Source: Octopus sinensis (taxonomy: Eukaryota). Taken from it: 64,000 nt of DNA. Under the pieces are notes generated by a model. The model was not told the DNA's origin. It ran no database searches and saw nothing but the letters and a program-made list of their open reading frames with translations. This document shows, piece after piece, positions 12,099 to 24,935 of the stretch. Within the stretch, counting starts at the first letter, position 1. Each line of letters opens with the position of its first letter. The stretch lies in NCBI RefSeq assembly GCF_006345805.1, contig NW_021833224.1:35567-99566 (forward strand), written 5' to 3'. The position numbers were made by a program, and so were the translations under genes.

Positions 12099-13419
12099 GG
12101 TGTGTATGCATGTCCGTATGTCTATGTGTATGTATGTCCGTCTGTATGTCTGTCTGTCTGTATGTATGTCTGTCTGTATGTATGCATGCAAGTATATATG
12201 TATTTAATATGTATGTATTCGTATGTATGTAATCTCTATGTATGTATGTTTGTATATGTTTGTGTATGTATATGTTTTATGTATGTATTCTCATACATAT
12301 AGTTGAATATCTAGACATGTTCATATATGTTTAAATTACAAATTTTACTGAACGTTTTACAGATTTTTACAGTTCCAATGATGAATTAGCTCTGTAGTCT
12401 CCCAATTAGCTTTCTCATTTCTGGTTTTTGAGAAGCCTAATTTCTCATGATTGCTATTTAGGCGGTGTGTTACATATCTTGTACAAATATATATGTATGT
12501 ATCCATGTATGTTTGTATGTATGTATGTATGCATATAATTCCATTCATATTTAGGGTTCTTTAAAGGAATACTAAACTGATTTTGAGGAAGAATGAAAGG
12601 CGAATCTAATTTGGGTGCGATATGAACTTAGGATGGTAACTTCGTGACTAAATATCGGATGCAATTTTGTCTCACATTTTATTGATTCTTCAAATTCTCG
12701 ACTTAAATCGAACATCTTTCCTCTCGAAATCATTAACTGAAACACGATCGTTAGAAGAGAAGGAAAAACCTGCCAATTTGCATGTTAACACGACATTAGC
12801 CAATCGATTTATTTTTATATTCGTTTGACGTCTAATGATTTCTAGCGTTGACTGAAAGATACGTATTTGTATGGACAGGTGTCAGAAAGTAAAAATGTTT
12901 CAAACACTGTAGTCACAGACAAGTTTTCAGATGGTTCAGTGACGAAAACCAATGAATAAGGTTTAGCAGATAACAAATGAATACAAACATGTTCATACAG
13001 GCTACACTCAGAAATAAAAACTGTGAATACAGAATATGTTTTAAATAATTAAACGCATGCTTGAGAAGCAGTAAATCAATGACGGAATCGATATAATGTT
13101 GATTTCTAACACCACCCCTATCTGCATTACTCTGTTGGTAACTTTCGGACGAAATCGTAATAATCCATTAGTGATACAAAATAAAACAATATTTAGATTA
13201 TTCAAAAGGTAAAAGCAGGTATAAAGAAATTACAATGAAAAAATGCGGACACAAGAAAGTTAATATTCTTATGTCATTAACCTGAAAAAGTACAGAACAG
13301 TTTTTTTTTATATCTGGCTGGCAAAAGCGTGGGACAAGCATATTTGTATTAAATTTGCAGCTAAAGTTAAAATTTTAAAATATTTAGATTTTTAAAAACT
13401 GAAAATAATAGCTTTTATT

Positions 13420-16400
13420 AGCTACTCTATAATTAAAAATATATAATAATAATAAAAAATATAATTAACAATTAGATCAAATAATAACTGTTAGCAAAAA
13501 CTAAAACAAATTTTAATAGCCCCATTAAAATGATTTTTTTAATTATAAGTATTTAAGAACTACTACAAGTTTTTAATAGTATTCAGTTAAAATTTCTATT
13601 TTGCTCATCTTTTTGATAAAAAGCGTCACACTGTAATTCATTAATAAAAATATCATAAGTGTGGTCTTTTGGAAATTTCAAAAAAGTCTACGGTAGGGTT
13701 GTCGCAGTGTCTCGGAATAAAGCGAAGGAGAATGCAAGAAACCCGTCCAATGGCACTGCCAGAAGAAACAGAGGCACGGAAATATGTGTACCAGTTGAGA
13801 ACAAAGAAAAGCCGTGCAATTGAAACACCACAAGAAACAGAAGCACAGAGAATACTGATCGGCTGAGAAAACAGGACTCCAGAAAAAAGCACGACGCCGC
13901 CACAAATTCAGCAGCGACAAGCAAACAACCAAGTACGATAGCAATCGAGACTTTGTCAGCAAAGAACTGACAATGAGAGAATGGCTATGGAAGATGATGT
14001 GGCAGATTTTCACGAGAAAGAACGAAACCCAAGCCTTATATTGCACTAAGGTGGAAACGTTTTTAACATGCCCTAACTGCAAAGCTTACCTTTAGGGTGC
14101 TAATAAAATTCCCCTCTGCTGTGACAAAGAAAAAATAAGCAATGACGAAGTTTCACAGATAAAAACAAAACCCCATAATTAATCGCTAAGTACCATGATG
14201 TTCATCTATGCGATCAGATATTTTTTGAATAAGATTTATGACTACAATAATTTCCTGGCTATGGCTTCACTTGGACTGGATAATCCACCAGTTGGAGCAC
14301 AGAGTGGTATAGCACTTTTATGCCTACTTTCAAGTTGTACGACCGCATCGGAAGTCTCCTGCCAGCGGTAAATAAGAAGTCAGGTCTACGCACAGCTATA
14401 TTTCGTTGGCGCAGAAAATAAGATGAGAAACAGGTTGTCATTCAGAGGAGCCGACGATGACGTTAATGAGAACATCCTGCTAGACTTGCAGACAGCACTG
14501 CATATGCACAATCCACATGTCAATAGTTTTAAACAAGCTATTGATATAATTAAGGAATACATTGCACCAGGAAAATGTTCTACCGGTGATATTATTATAT
14601 GTCATAACAAACTATTTATCCCAACTGGGTCACATGAGAGAACCTATAATGCAACGATTGCATCAGAAGTTGAGGTGGTGTCATAGTGGGAGGTGATACC
14701 AAAAATCCAAACATTAAACCTGCGGATGTTGTTGTGCAAAACAGAGAGAGAGCAATGGGAAGTTAGACTACATAAGTCAAACCCCCAGAAGCTATGACCC
14801 TCTTCATTATGTATTCAGTTTCCCTATGGGGAAGATGGCTGGAAACATGCTCTTGAAAGACAATGACCAAAGCAAAAACATCACTGAATGGGATTTTTAT
14901 TCAGGTAGAAAGAGCAAGTTCAATGACATAATGAAAAGTAGATGGTTGATGCAATATGCAAATATAGAGCAAGATCGATTACACTTCCTGAAAACGTATC
15001 AGAAACAGCCTAAAGCTGAAAAGGGCCAGGGCCTTCTGGATGCTCTTGCAAATGCTGACATGAATAACGTAGGGTCTAAGATCATTCTTCCGCCATCGCA
15101 CACTGGTTCTCCTCGAATTTACAGGGAGTGTTTCGAATCTGGAATGACTCTGGTGAGAGAGTTTGGAAAGCCAGACTACTTCATCACTATGGCAACCAAC
15201 CCAAAGGGGACTAAGATAAAGGAAGCCCTGTTTGAAGATGAACGATCACAGGATCGAACTGACATTGCAGCCAGGGTGTTTGAAATGAAGTACGATTCTC
15301 TGAAGTATGATCTGTTAAAGTAGTAGCACATGTATCTACAATTGAATGGCAAAAGACAAGTCTGCTGCTGTCCATATATTGCTCTTTATGGCTGCTACAA
15401 ATAAGCCAAGAACCCGAAATCATAGATCGAGTTCTTGTATGTGGGGAGATAACAGATAAGCATATGAACCCATGACTATTGGAAACTGTTGTAGAAATCA
15501 ACATTCACGGATCATGTGGATGCCATAATCCAAATCGTCCATGTATGGATGGTGATCCACCAAAAGGCACAAAATCATTTCCCAAACAATGCAGAAGTAC
15601 CACATTTATGAGTGATGAAGACTATCCACGTTACAGACGTCAGTCACCAACCGCTGGAAGTAGAAACATATTATTAGAACTAGCCAGACATCTACTGAAG
15701 TAAATAATAGCTTCATAGTGTCATAAAAAGGCATTCCTATCTCTCCGATACAACTGTCATTTAAATGTTGAGGTTGTGCACACCGTACTGGCGGTGAAAT
15801 ATCTTTTCGAGTTACCTCACGAAAGGACCCGATAGGGTCAGTGTTCAAATTCAATCAATCAAATAGTACTGATGAAACAATAGGAAAGCCTCAATTCAAG
15901 CCTTGACGTGGTTGACAATGAAATTGTCACTTACACCAAAATGCAAGATACATCTCGTCTGGTGAGACAATTTGGAAGATATTCAAATTTTTAATTCATT
16001 CCAGACAACCCACTGCCATACATCTTTTCATGCCATTTGAAAAATCAGCAATCTCTTACTTTTGACGATGAGCTGCCTGAAAACCTTGAGCTTGCAGCAA
16101 AAGCAATTTCGACTGAGTTTTTTACATTAAATAAGAATGACTCAGAGACCAGAGACAGGCCATATGCTGAAATTACAAAGTATTACATTTGGAATGAAAA
16201 AGAGAAGTGGCAAAAGAGGAAAATGGGATCAATGATGGAAGATGGAATCTATGAAACCAGTACTATTGGTCTCATTGCCATTGTCGCTTATAATGTCTGG
16301 CAGAAGGAATCGTATTACATGAGGATGCTGCTGCATCAAGTCAAAATCCCCAATCATACGCTGACTTACGGACTGATAATGGTGATGTATGTTTCAACTG

Positions 16401-18223
16401 GCAAGATGCGTGCACAAGGTGGGACTTTTATATGACGAAATCATTGGAACATTAGATGAAGCCAAACATTACTGTTTCAGTGACCAGCTAACACACATTT
16501 TGTACTGTTCTCCTTACCTGTCGGCCACGTGAACCAAAGATTTATGGGAGAGATACAAGGATGCATTGTGCGATGACAAAAAGGCAAAAGCACGTGGGAA
16601 CCAACAGAATTCTTTTACAATAATGTCCTGCTTTCCATCAAAGTAAGATTGGCCAGAGAAGAAATAACAATGTGAAATCTTGGTCTTCTAGAGCCAGATT
16701 TTATAAGTGAACCAGTTCTGCTCTCATTGCTAAAGCTGCTCTCTGTGACCGTGTTTTCGAGAGGTATCCAACACTAAATGCTGAACAGAAGTATTGTTTT
16801 TGACCAAGTTGTTGGATCAGTTATAAACAAGGAGGGGGAAATATTTTGCATGAACGCGGGTGGTGGTGCTCTGGGAAGACTTACACAATCAATCTGATTC
16901 TCGCTGAAGTTCGGTCATAAGGTCATATTGCTGTTGCCACTGCAGTCTCTGGATTTGCTACCACCCTGCTGGAAAATGGGCGAACTTTGCACTCCAGATG
17001 CAGTATTTCATTGCGAATTACAGAAGAATTTATGTGCCATATGAAAATAAGTGATTCCAGAGGTAATTGACGAGGTTACAATGGGTCAGAGGCATGTCTA
17101 TGATTGTGTTGATCGCAGTCCTAGAGAAGTTTGACAACCAGATAAGCTGTTTGGCGGTCTGACTGTTTTGTTTTCTGGAGAATGGAAGCAGATCTTGCGC
17201 TTGGTGCAAAGAGGTTACAGAGTTCAGATTGTTCATGCCATATAAAACAGTCATACATTTGGAACCATGTCCAAAGCTTTCAGTTGTCTGTCAATATGAG
17301 AGTCCGAAATTCTTGCGGTGTTGACACAACTTTCGCACCCTATCTTGACCAGCTGGGGAATAGAACATTTTCCCTCAATAAAGAAATTGGTGAATACAAA
17401 ATATCTATAGCCCCACCGCATTTGATTGACTCTACAAGGCTACAGGATCTTTGTGAAGTGGTCTTCAGGGCTATTGAGGATAAATATAGAGAGGGTCTAT
17501 GGATAAGCAGCAGAGCCATCATTATTCCTACAAACAAGGCTGCTGAAAAAGTAATAAAGTTGTCATGTCAAAGCTTCTACAAGGATATAGTAGAACTTAT
17601 CAAAGCTGTGATACTTTATACGAAAACGAGACTGAGTTCCCACCGGAACTGATCAATGATCTCAACTCATCAGGATTTCCACCATACATTTTGTTTTGAA
17701 GAAGCACTCTTCAATTATGCTGCTCAGAAACCTTGATCCAGCAGGGGGTCACTGTAACGGAACAAGATATATGGTCGTGAATTTGCACAACCACCTTATT
17801 GAAGCAGATGTGGCCGATGGGACACATGCTGGAATCCGAATAATGATACCCCGAATTCCACGGACCACCACTGAAGACTATCCGTTCTCATTTTCCAGGA
17901 AGCAGTTTCCTCTGAAACTGGTTTTTGAAAGGACAAATCCCAAGGTCAGACTTAAGAAACAGTTGGAATTTACCCGCCAACACCTATGTTCATCCATGGC
18001 CAGTCCTATGTTGCCAATAGCACGATCGGTTCTGGGAACAATGTGCATATATTGGCTTTGGACTCAGAGTATAAGGGTATGAATGGAATATACACTGACA
18101 AAGTTGTCTATTAGGAAATTCTATAAAAAATTAGTAGGTTTTACATTTTACTTTCAAACTACAACAGGAGTGTAGATATGTAAGTAACTGAATCGACCGA
18201 CTGGAGGGCGGTGGTTCAGCTAG
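13420..18223 (+). mobile_element. Helitron, formerly autonomous, now decayed (STPR-like repeats, Rep/HUH, Pif1-like helicase)
   Basis: EETEAR/ETPQETEAQR repeats; ILPPSHTGSPR, FGKPDYFITMATNP, IEWQK; GG-x-GKT, IDEVTM, IMLLRNLDPAGGHCNGTR, RKQFPL. 3' imperfect hairpin then CTAG|T at 18220-18224. The 5' boundary is approximate. Confidence 0.92.
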
Positions 18224-18348
18224 TTTCTATAATTTTGAAATTTTATCACTTTTTATTCTGAACTCGACAAAGACAAGCTATCTGTCGAAATATCGTTCAA
18301 CCAATAAAATATCGACTGCAGTCGCATCGCGCTCTTCCTCTTGACTAG

Positions 18349-18540
18349 GAAGAAGAAAAAGAAGAAGAAGAAGAAGAAGAAGAAGAAAAGAAGAAGAAGA
18401 AGAGAAGAAGAGAGAAGAAAAAGAATAAGAAGAAGAAGAAAAAGAAGAAGAAGAAGAAGAAGAAGAAGAAGAAGAAGAAGAAGAAGAAGAAGAAAGAAGA
18501 AGAAGAAGAAGAAGAAGAAGAAGAAGAAGAAGAAGAAGAA
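18349..18540 (+). repeat. (GAA)n microsatellite
   Basis: Direct reading. Confidence 0.95.
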
Positions 18541-19749
18541 AATGTCAGCTCCGCGCTGAATAACAATATGGGCGTGTTACACCGGACTCTCCATACAAAT
18601 ACAAATTATCTAATCTATAACACCAGTGTAATAAGAAAAAGGAACCCGCGGAAGACTTGCAGGAACGGCATTTTAACGAAAATAATCACAAAAAAAACGA
18701 AATTTTACTGCCATAACGAAACAGTTTCTCCCATGCACGATGTCTCAGTGAAACATGTGCGAAAGACACGTGCGAAATCAACGTCGAAAACTTTACAAAT
18801 TATAAAATATAAGTGGAACAAAACAGTAAATTCATAAATTGATTTAATTATGCATACACTCGAATGTCTATACATTCATATATTAATACCCATAGGACTA
18901 CACATACACTCAATGTTTACACAACTACGTGAAATTTACAGGACACACATACAAGTATATGACAGCACGTGTCGCAAACGAAACAAAACTATAACAATAC
19001 AATTTTCTTTTTCTTCGAACTAACACAGAGTGAATAATTCATAATAAGTTTTAAATAAGTGCAAAGAAACTATGCCTAGAGATAAATCTGTCAACAACAA
19101 CAAAAACATACAGACGAATACAGATCTGTTTGCTTTTAAAAGCGATGTTACGAGCAATGCTTTCATTCAGAGAACATGTTGTCTCAAAATGTTAACGCAA
19201 AACAAACTGATCCTACCTTAATATTAACGTCCAAACGCATCATGCCTCAAATATAACAAAGCAATATACACAGCGGATCGTTCGTTACCAGAGTCAAGAT
19301 GGCCGCGCACGCCAGTGAGGGACCAGACTGGGTGTGAAAAATCAGATACTGGTTCAAATCTTTCCGTAACGCAGGAGCTCGAAGTACCCCCCACAACCGG
19401 AATATTCCATCAAATGGCCATCCAAGCTCGTCATTGGGAGATAAATCTAATACTGAACAAACCTACCTAAACTGAAGAGAGGAGCATCTTGAAGTAAGAT
19501 CTTATATAGTAACAACCTTGCCAACGTCAGAAGAAACGAAGATGCAGGTAAAGAAGATACTACTGTGGAAATAATTACAGACTAACCCAGGTCTGATGAA
19601 AATGCGGTAATGATAATGAGTCAATGTAACTTATAAGCAAAGTGAAATACTCTCTGAACCAACCATAAACACCAAGGCAGATGAAAATCAAATAGATGAA
19701 GAAAGTAAAACAGAAATTGACCCAACTGAACTGGAGGATCTAAGCAATC

Positions 19750-21942
19750 TGCAGCTTTGTTTTCCCACCACTTGTCTTTCATCTGTCGCAGCTCAGTCTG
19801 CACCTTTGTTTTCCCACCACTTGTCTTTCATCTGTCGCAGCTCAGTCTGCACCTTTCCTCTGATGTTCTTGAGGCGGTCGTGCTTGGCTTGGGAGTCTTT
19901 GTCGTTGAGCCAGCCTGTGAAGGCTTCTTTCTTCTCCTGGAGGAGGGTGGTGAACCCCTTGTTGTTGTCAAACCAGTCTTGTTGTTTCCGTTTTGTGTGG
20001 CCAAGGGTAAGGCTGGCAGAGTCATACACTGCACCCCGAAGTTGGCCCAGGCCTTCTCAATATTTCCCTCTGCTGGCAGATGTTCAAGCTGGTTCGCAAG
20101 GTTGGCAATGAGGGTCTCTTTTGGTTTTGGTTCATTGAGTTTCTGGACGTCCAGTTTCTTTTTAACATCAGCTTTCTGGCGTCTGTGTCTGCTGACAATG
20201 GAAAAGGACAGTCTGCACCTCAACAGCAGGTGATATGTCCAGCAATCAGCTCCCCTCATTGCCCTAGTGATGCAAACATTCTGGATGTCACGGCGCCTGG
20301 TGATCACATAGTCAATCAGGTGCCAATGCTTGGACCTGGGTGCATCCAGGTAGCCTTGTGGATGTCAGGCATTTGGTACAGGGTATTGGTGATGGTGATT
20401 CTCTGTTCAGCGCAGAAGGTCAGTAGCAGTTGACGGCTGTTGTTCTCATGTCCGATGCCATGCGGCCCGATGACATCTGGCCAAGGTTGGGCATCTCTGC
20501 CTACACGGGCATTGAAGTCCCCGAGTATCAGCAGCTTGCTATTCTTTAGGAACTGAACCCGTAGCACTTTGGTGAGGTTCTGATAGAACAGGTCTCTCTG
20601 CTCCAGAGTGTAGGTCGCAGTTGGGGCTTAAGCACTGAGGTCAGGTGCATCTTGCCTTGGAGAGGAGTTCTCATCACCATCAGGCGATCGCTGAATCCTC
20701 TTGAGAGGGATTCCATGTTTTTGACGAGGGCGGTGCGAATGGAAAAGCCAACTCCTACTTCCCTGCGTTCATCCGCTGCCTTCCTTGACCAAAAGAAAGT
20801 TATCTAGCCCCAGCCTCGGTGATCTCCCCCGTGTCGGCAAGGCGTGTCTCGCTGAGGGCAGCAACATCAATGCTGTATCTCTGAAGTTCACAACCCACAA
20901 GTGCTGTTCGACGTTCTGGTCTGTCACAGTTTTGGTTGTCCATGTGTGTCCTGATGCTCCAGGCTCCAACACATAAAGTGCTTTTCGGGCGGGAGGATTT
21001 GGGATTCTTCTTTCGTATTTCTTTCATGTTTCGACCGCGTGGTAGATGACCAGTCAGCTGCGGTATGCTGGCAGGATGAGATGAGGCAAGCTTTCTTTAG
21101 GTCACATTTTCTAGACCCTTCCCCCTAAGGGGGCGAGCAGTGCTATCCCTGAAGAGGGTTGTTCCGTCGTCAGAGTGGCTGCCGAACTATGCCCTTGCCC
21201 AGTAGGTTGCAGAACGACAACCCGAGTGTAGGTACATGGCTAGCAGCTCCCAGAGCAATCCTGCACCTGCCACCATCACCATGCGCCCATCGCCTAAGGA
21301 CTTGGAAAAAGAAGAAGTAGAGGGGTGGCGTCACTGAATCCTGGGCAAGGGAACTGTGGAGGCCTTGGGTTGCGCAAGACCACCCCACCCCCTCTCGGTA
21401 CAGCTGATCTAGCCAGGAGGGACGCAGGACGATACATCCTAGCCACGACTGGACTGCAGGCGTTGCCGGAGATGATGGACTTCATTACCTAACCTCCTTA
21501 GGGGTTCCACTCCGGATTTGGATACGGTTTACTCCCTAGCCTTTGATTAATCAAAACACCTACCCGCAAGGCAGCAGGAGACTCTTGGAGGGCGGGGACG
21601 TCTCACTACCCGTACAGAACCAGAAGGACCTGCCCACTGCCTATACGATATATACAATTTTTAAAAAAGAACACAGTATATACAATACATACACACAGAG
21701 AGTCCAAAATGCAACATATACAATACACACAAACACTCCACAAACACACATAGTTGAATGGCCGTTGACTACGTTGTAGTTCCTCCACTCTGCTCTGACA
21801 GAACTATTTTTTGTCCCGTAAGGTATTCAACAAGCACCGACCTTACCAAGCAAGCGTGGTGGAGTTGGCAGTTTAGTCGCCGACGACCCGACCATGGAAC
21901 AGGTGATAGTGGGCTACATGGTACCTGTAGCACTCAAGAGCC
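19750..21942 (-). mobile_element. RTE-clade LINE, 5' half (5' UTR, APE endonuclease, linker), inverted
   Basis: Minus-strand RPERRTALV...IDVAALSETR, LGDFNARVG, ATWMHP, ADCWTYH, RKQQDWFDNN, ELRQMKDKWW. Confidence 0.9.
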
Positions 21943-23040
21943 ATGCTCTTCCGCGCCCTGTCAAAGTCTGATGCTGGTGTCACTATTCGCTACAGATGTG
22001 ACGGCCGATTCTTTGACCTCAGATGTCTGAAGGCGAAAACCAAAGTTCTGGACGCCGTAGTGAGAGATTTCCTGTTTGCAGACGATTGTGCGCTTGCAGT
22101 ATTGAATGAACCAGACCTACAGCAAGAACTTGCCACTTGTCTCGCAGAAGCAGCAAAAGCCTTCGGACTGACCATTAGCCTGCGAAACACGGAAATGATG
22201 ATTCAGCCTTCACCTGGCATGACACCTCCTGAGCCCCAGATTAGATTGGGCACAACTCTGAACAACGTGGAGAGCTTTACATACCTGGGAAGCTGTCTGT
22301 CCTCAAACTGCAGCATGGACAAAGATATCTCCATGAGGCTTGCAAAAGCAGGGGCTTCGTTTGCCAGACTTTGGGCATATGTGTGGGCTGAACGAAGCAT
22401 CAGACTTTCCACCAAGCTGGCAGTCTATAGGGCAGTCGTCATTACCTCTCTGCTCTACGGATGTGAAACGTGGACGCTGTATAGGAGGCAAATGCGAGTA
22501 CTTGACCAGTTCCATCTCTGCTGCTTGCGACGAATCATGTGAATTTCCTGGGAGGACAGAGTCTCCAACACTGAGGTGCTTCGCAGAGCCTAAATGCCCG
22601 GATCGAAGCTCTCATCATGAAGGCCCAGCTCCGGTGGTTCGTATATGTAGTCCGAATGGACGACGCACATCTACCAAAGATGATCTTCTTCTCTGAGCTG
22701 ACTTCTGGAGCAAGAAACTCTGGAAGGCCACTGGGGCGATACAAGGACAGCCTGAAAACTTCCCTTGAGGCCTGCGGCATTTCAGCTCGTGGCTACAAAT
22801 CGCTTGCCTCTGACCGCAGCGCCTGGCGTCCAGCTGTCCAAAAGGGTGTTAAGCTGTTCGAGGAAAAGCGCCTCAAGAGCCTGGACCAGAAGCAACAAGC
22901 CCGAAAAGAGAGGATCTCCAATCTTACTTTTGCTGTTACGTGCCCAACATGTGGCCGCGTCTGCGCGTCCGCCTTTGGGTTCCGCTTTCATCTCCGGCGT
23001 CACTGATGTCACTGTCGAACCCCGACAGACTTCCATCTTA
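21943..23040 (+). mobile_element. RTE-clade LINE, 3' half (RT C-part to C2H2 finger and 3' end)
   Basis: DFLFADDCAL, FTYLGS, LLYGCETW, QLRW, CPTCGRVC...HLRRH*. Confidence 0.92.
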
Positions 23041-23049
23041 TCATGAGGG

Positions 23050-23880
23050 GCTGTATGAATGTATGTTGGTCTGTGTGCATATTGTGTATGGGTGGGGGTG
23101 TTATGTGTGTTGTATGTGTGCATATTATATGAGATTATATGCTCTGTTTGTTGGTGTGTATGTATTTTAGGTGTGTATGTTTGTTATGTGTATTTGTATG
23201 CGTGTACGGTATGTGTGTGTGTATGCCATGTGCGTCCGTGTGTTCGTATATTATGTGGGTGTGTATGTTCTGTTTGTTGGTTAATGTGTATATTTTGTGG
23301 AGGTGTTCATGGTATGTGTGTTGCTGTGTTTCTATACTGTTTGCATACGTGTGTGTGTGTTTGTGTGTGTGTGTATTATGTGGGAGTGTGTGCTATGTGA
23401 GTTGGTCTGTGTGTATATTATTTGGGTGTGTGTGCTATGTGAGTTGGTGTGTGTATATATTTTGAGGGGTGAATGCTATGTGTGTTGGTGCGTGTGTACA
23501 TTTTGTGGGGGAGTGTGTGTTATTTGTTGGTGTGAGTTTGTGTATTACATTGGGGTTGTGTGGCATGTGTGTTGCTCTGCGTGTATATATTATGTATGTG
23601 TGTTGGGGGAGTGCTTTGTGTATTGGAGTGTGTGTGTGTATCATATGGGCGTGTTTGCTATGCATGTTGTTGTTTGTGTATATTATGTGGGGTGTGTGTG
23701 TGCCATGTTGAACGATGTGTGTGTATATTATGTGGGATGTAATGCTTTATGTGATTGTCTGTGTGTATGTTATGTGGTAGTGTGTGCTATATGTGTTGGT
23801 GTGTGAATGTGTGTATTATGAGGGCACTTGTGCTATGTGTGTTTGCCGTTGTGCATGTTATGTGATGCTGTGTGCTGTTT
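23050..23880 (+). repeat. Degenerate TG-rich low-complexity repeat
   Basis: Recurrent tgtgtgtatattatgtggg-like units. Confidence 0.85.
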
Positions 23881-23899
23881 GAAAATGTAGTAGCACTAT

Positions 23900-24540
23900 T
23901 CATGATGAAGGAGGTGATGGGGCCTAGTTGGAGATGGCAGAATGCCTGTAAGATCATTCAAAGAAGAGGGAGTGTGGAGGTGTTGAAAGGAGGGAAAAGG
24001 GGATACGGTTGGAAGACCGGCGTGGGAAAGGAGAGAAGGCTGTAGCGGGCACGAGTAAGGACATCTTGGATAAGGATGGCGGGGTATTCAGGACGTGTAA
24101 ACAGGGGGGTAAAGTATTGAAATTGAGTCTCGATATCCTGGTTGCGGCTATACAAACGTTGGAGACAGAGGAATCGGGAGTAGGGGATGGGCAATATTTT
24201 TGTGGGAAGGGTAGGAGGAGGATAATTGAGGTAAATGTGTGAGTCCATGGGTTTGAATGGGTGGATGTGGTGAGAGTGTGTGGGTGACGAAATCGACAGA
24301 GAGAAAGAGATGTCGAGTGATAGAAAATGACAGGTAATTCAAAGGAAGGATGGAAGTTGGAGATGAAAGAAATAGAGGGAGAGCTGCTTACGAGAGAGGG
24401 AGGTAGCGCCAATGCAGTCGTGTATGTAACTACCGTATAGATCTGGGGTCTGTATGGAGAACTGTAAGAAGATTTGGGCCTCAATGTAACTGACAAATAA
24501 GTTGGCAAAATTGGGACCCATTTTCCTTCCCATGGTAAAA
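23900..24540 (-). mobile_element. Penelope-like RT remnant
   Basis: Minus-strand MGRKMGPNFANLFV...YIHDC and PYSRFLCLQRLYS, matching the PLE RT motifs MG-x-x-x-x-P-x-x-A-N, YIDD and S-x-x-x-R-x-x-R. Confidence 0.75.
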
Positions 24541-24548
24541 CCAGATAC

Positions 24549-24549
24549 A

Positions 24550-24623
<74 letters not shown>

Positions 24624-24639
24624 CCTATCTATCTATCTT

Positions 24640-24718
<79 letters not shown>

Positions 24719-24719
24719 G

Positions 24720-24751
<32 letters not shown>

Positions 24752-24775
24752 ACTATCTATCTGCCTATCTATCTA
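24549..24775 (+). repeat. (ATCT)n microsatellite
   Basis: Direct reading. Confidence 0.95.
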
Positions 24776-24886
24776 TTATGCATAAATGAATATATCTTTG
24801 GATGTATTTCCTTTGAGAGTTTTAATTCAAATTTTATTTTCTCGCATATATATGAATATATTTTGTTTATTTTATAAGATAAGTTC

Positions 24887-24935
24887 ATGTCTAGAGAATG
24901 TGCTGTGTTACATTGTTTCGCTGTGATTCTTTACA
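24887..24935 (+). CDS. Alternative candidate first coding exon of gene A (MSRECAVLHCFAVILY)
   Basis: ATG at 24887, 16 codons plus 1 nt, A|GTATGT phase-1 donor (same donor hexamer as gene B exon 1). It lies about 1.36 kb upstream of the micro-exon, similar to the spacing in gene B, and joins it in frame. Confidence 0.3.

Noticed and set aside
18341-18559. Poly-K/R protamine-like ORF
   Set aside because: A pure (GAA)n microsatellite read in the AAG/AGA frames.
21480-21942. Canonical HDV-like ribozyme at the RTE 5' end
   Set aside because: A P1-like pairing exists, but I could not place P3/L3/P1.1 in the required order. Kept only as an unclassified structured-module hypothesis.
23059-23806. 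Cys/Val-rich ORFs resembling metallothionein or keratin-associated proteins
   Set aside because: TG low-complexity sequence, open in several frames at once.
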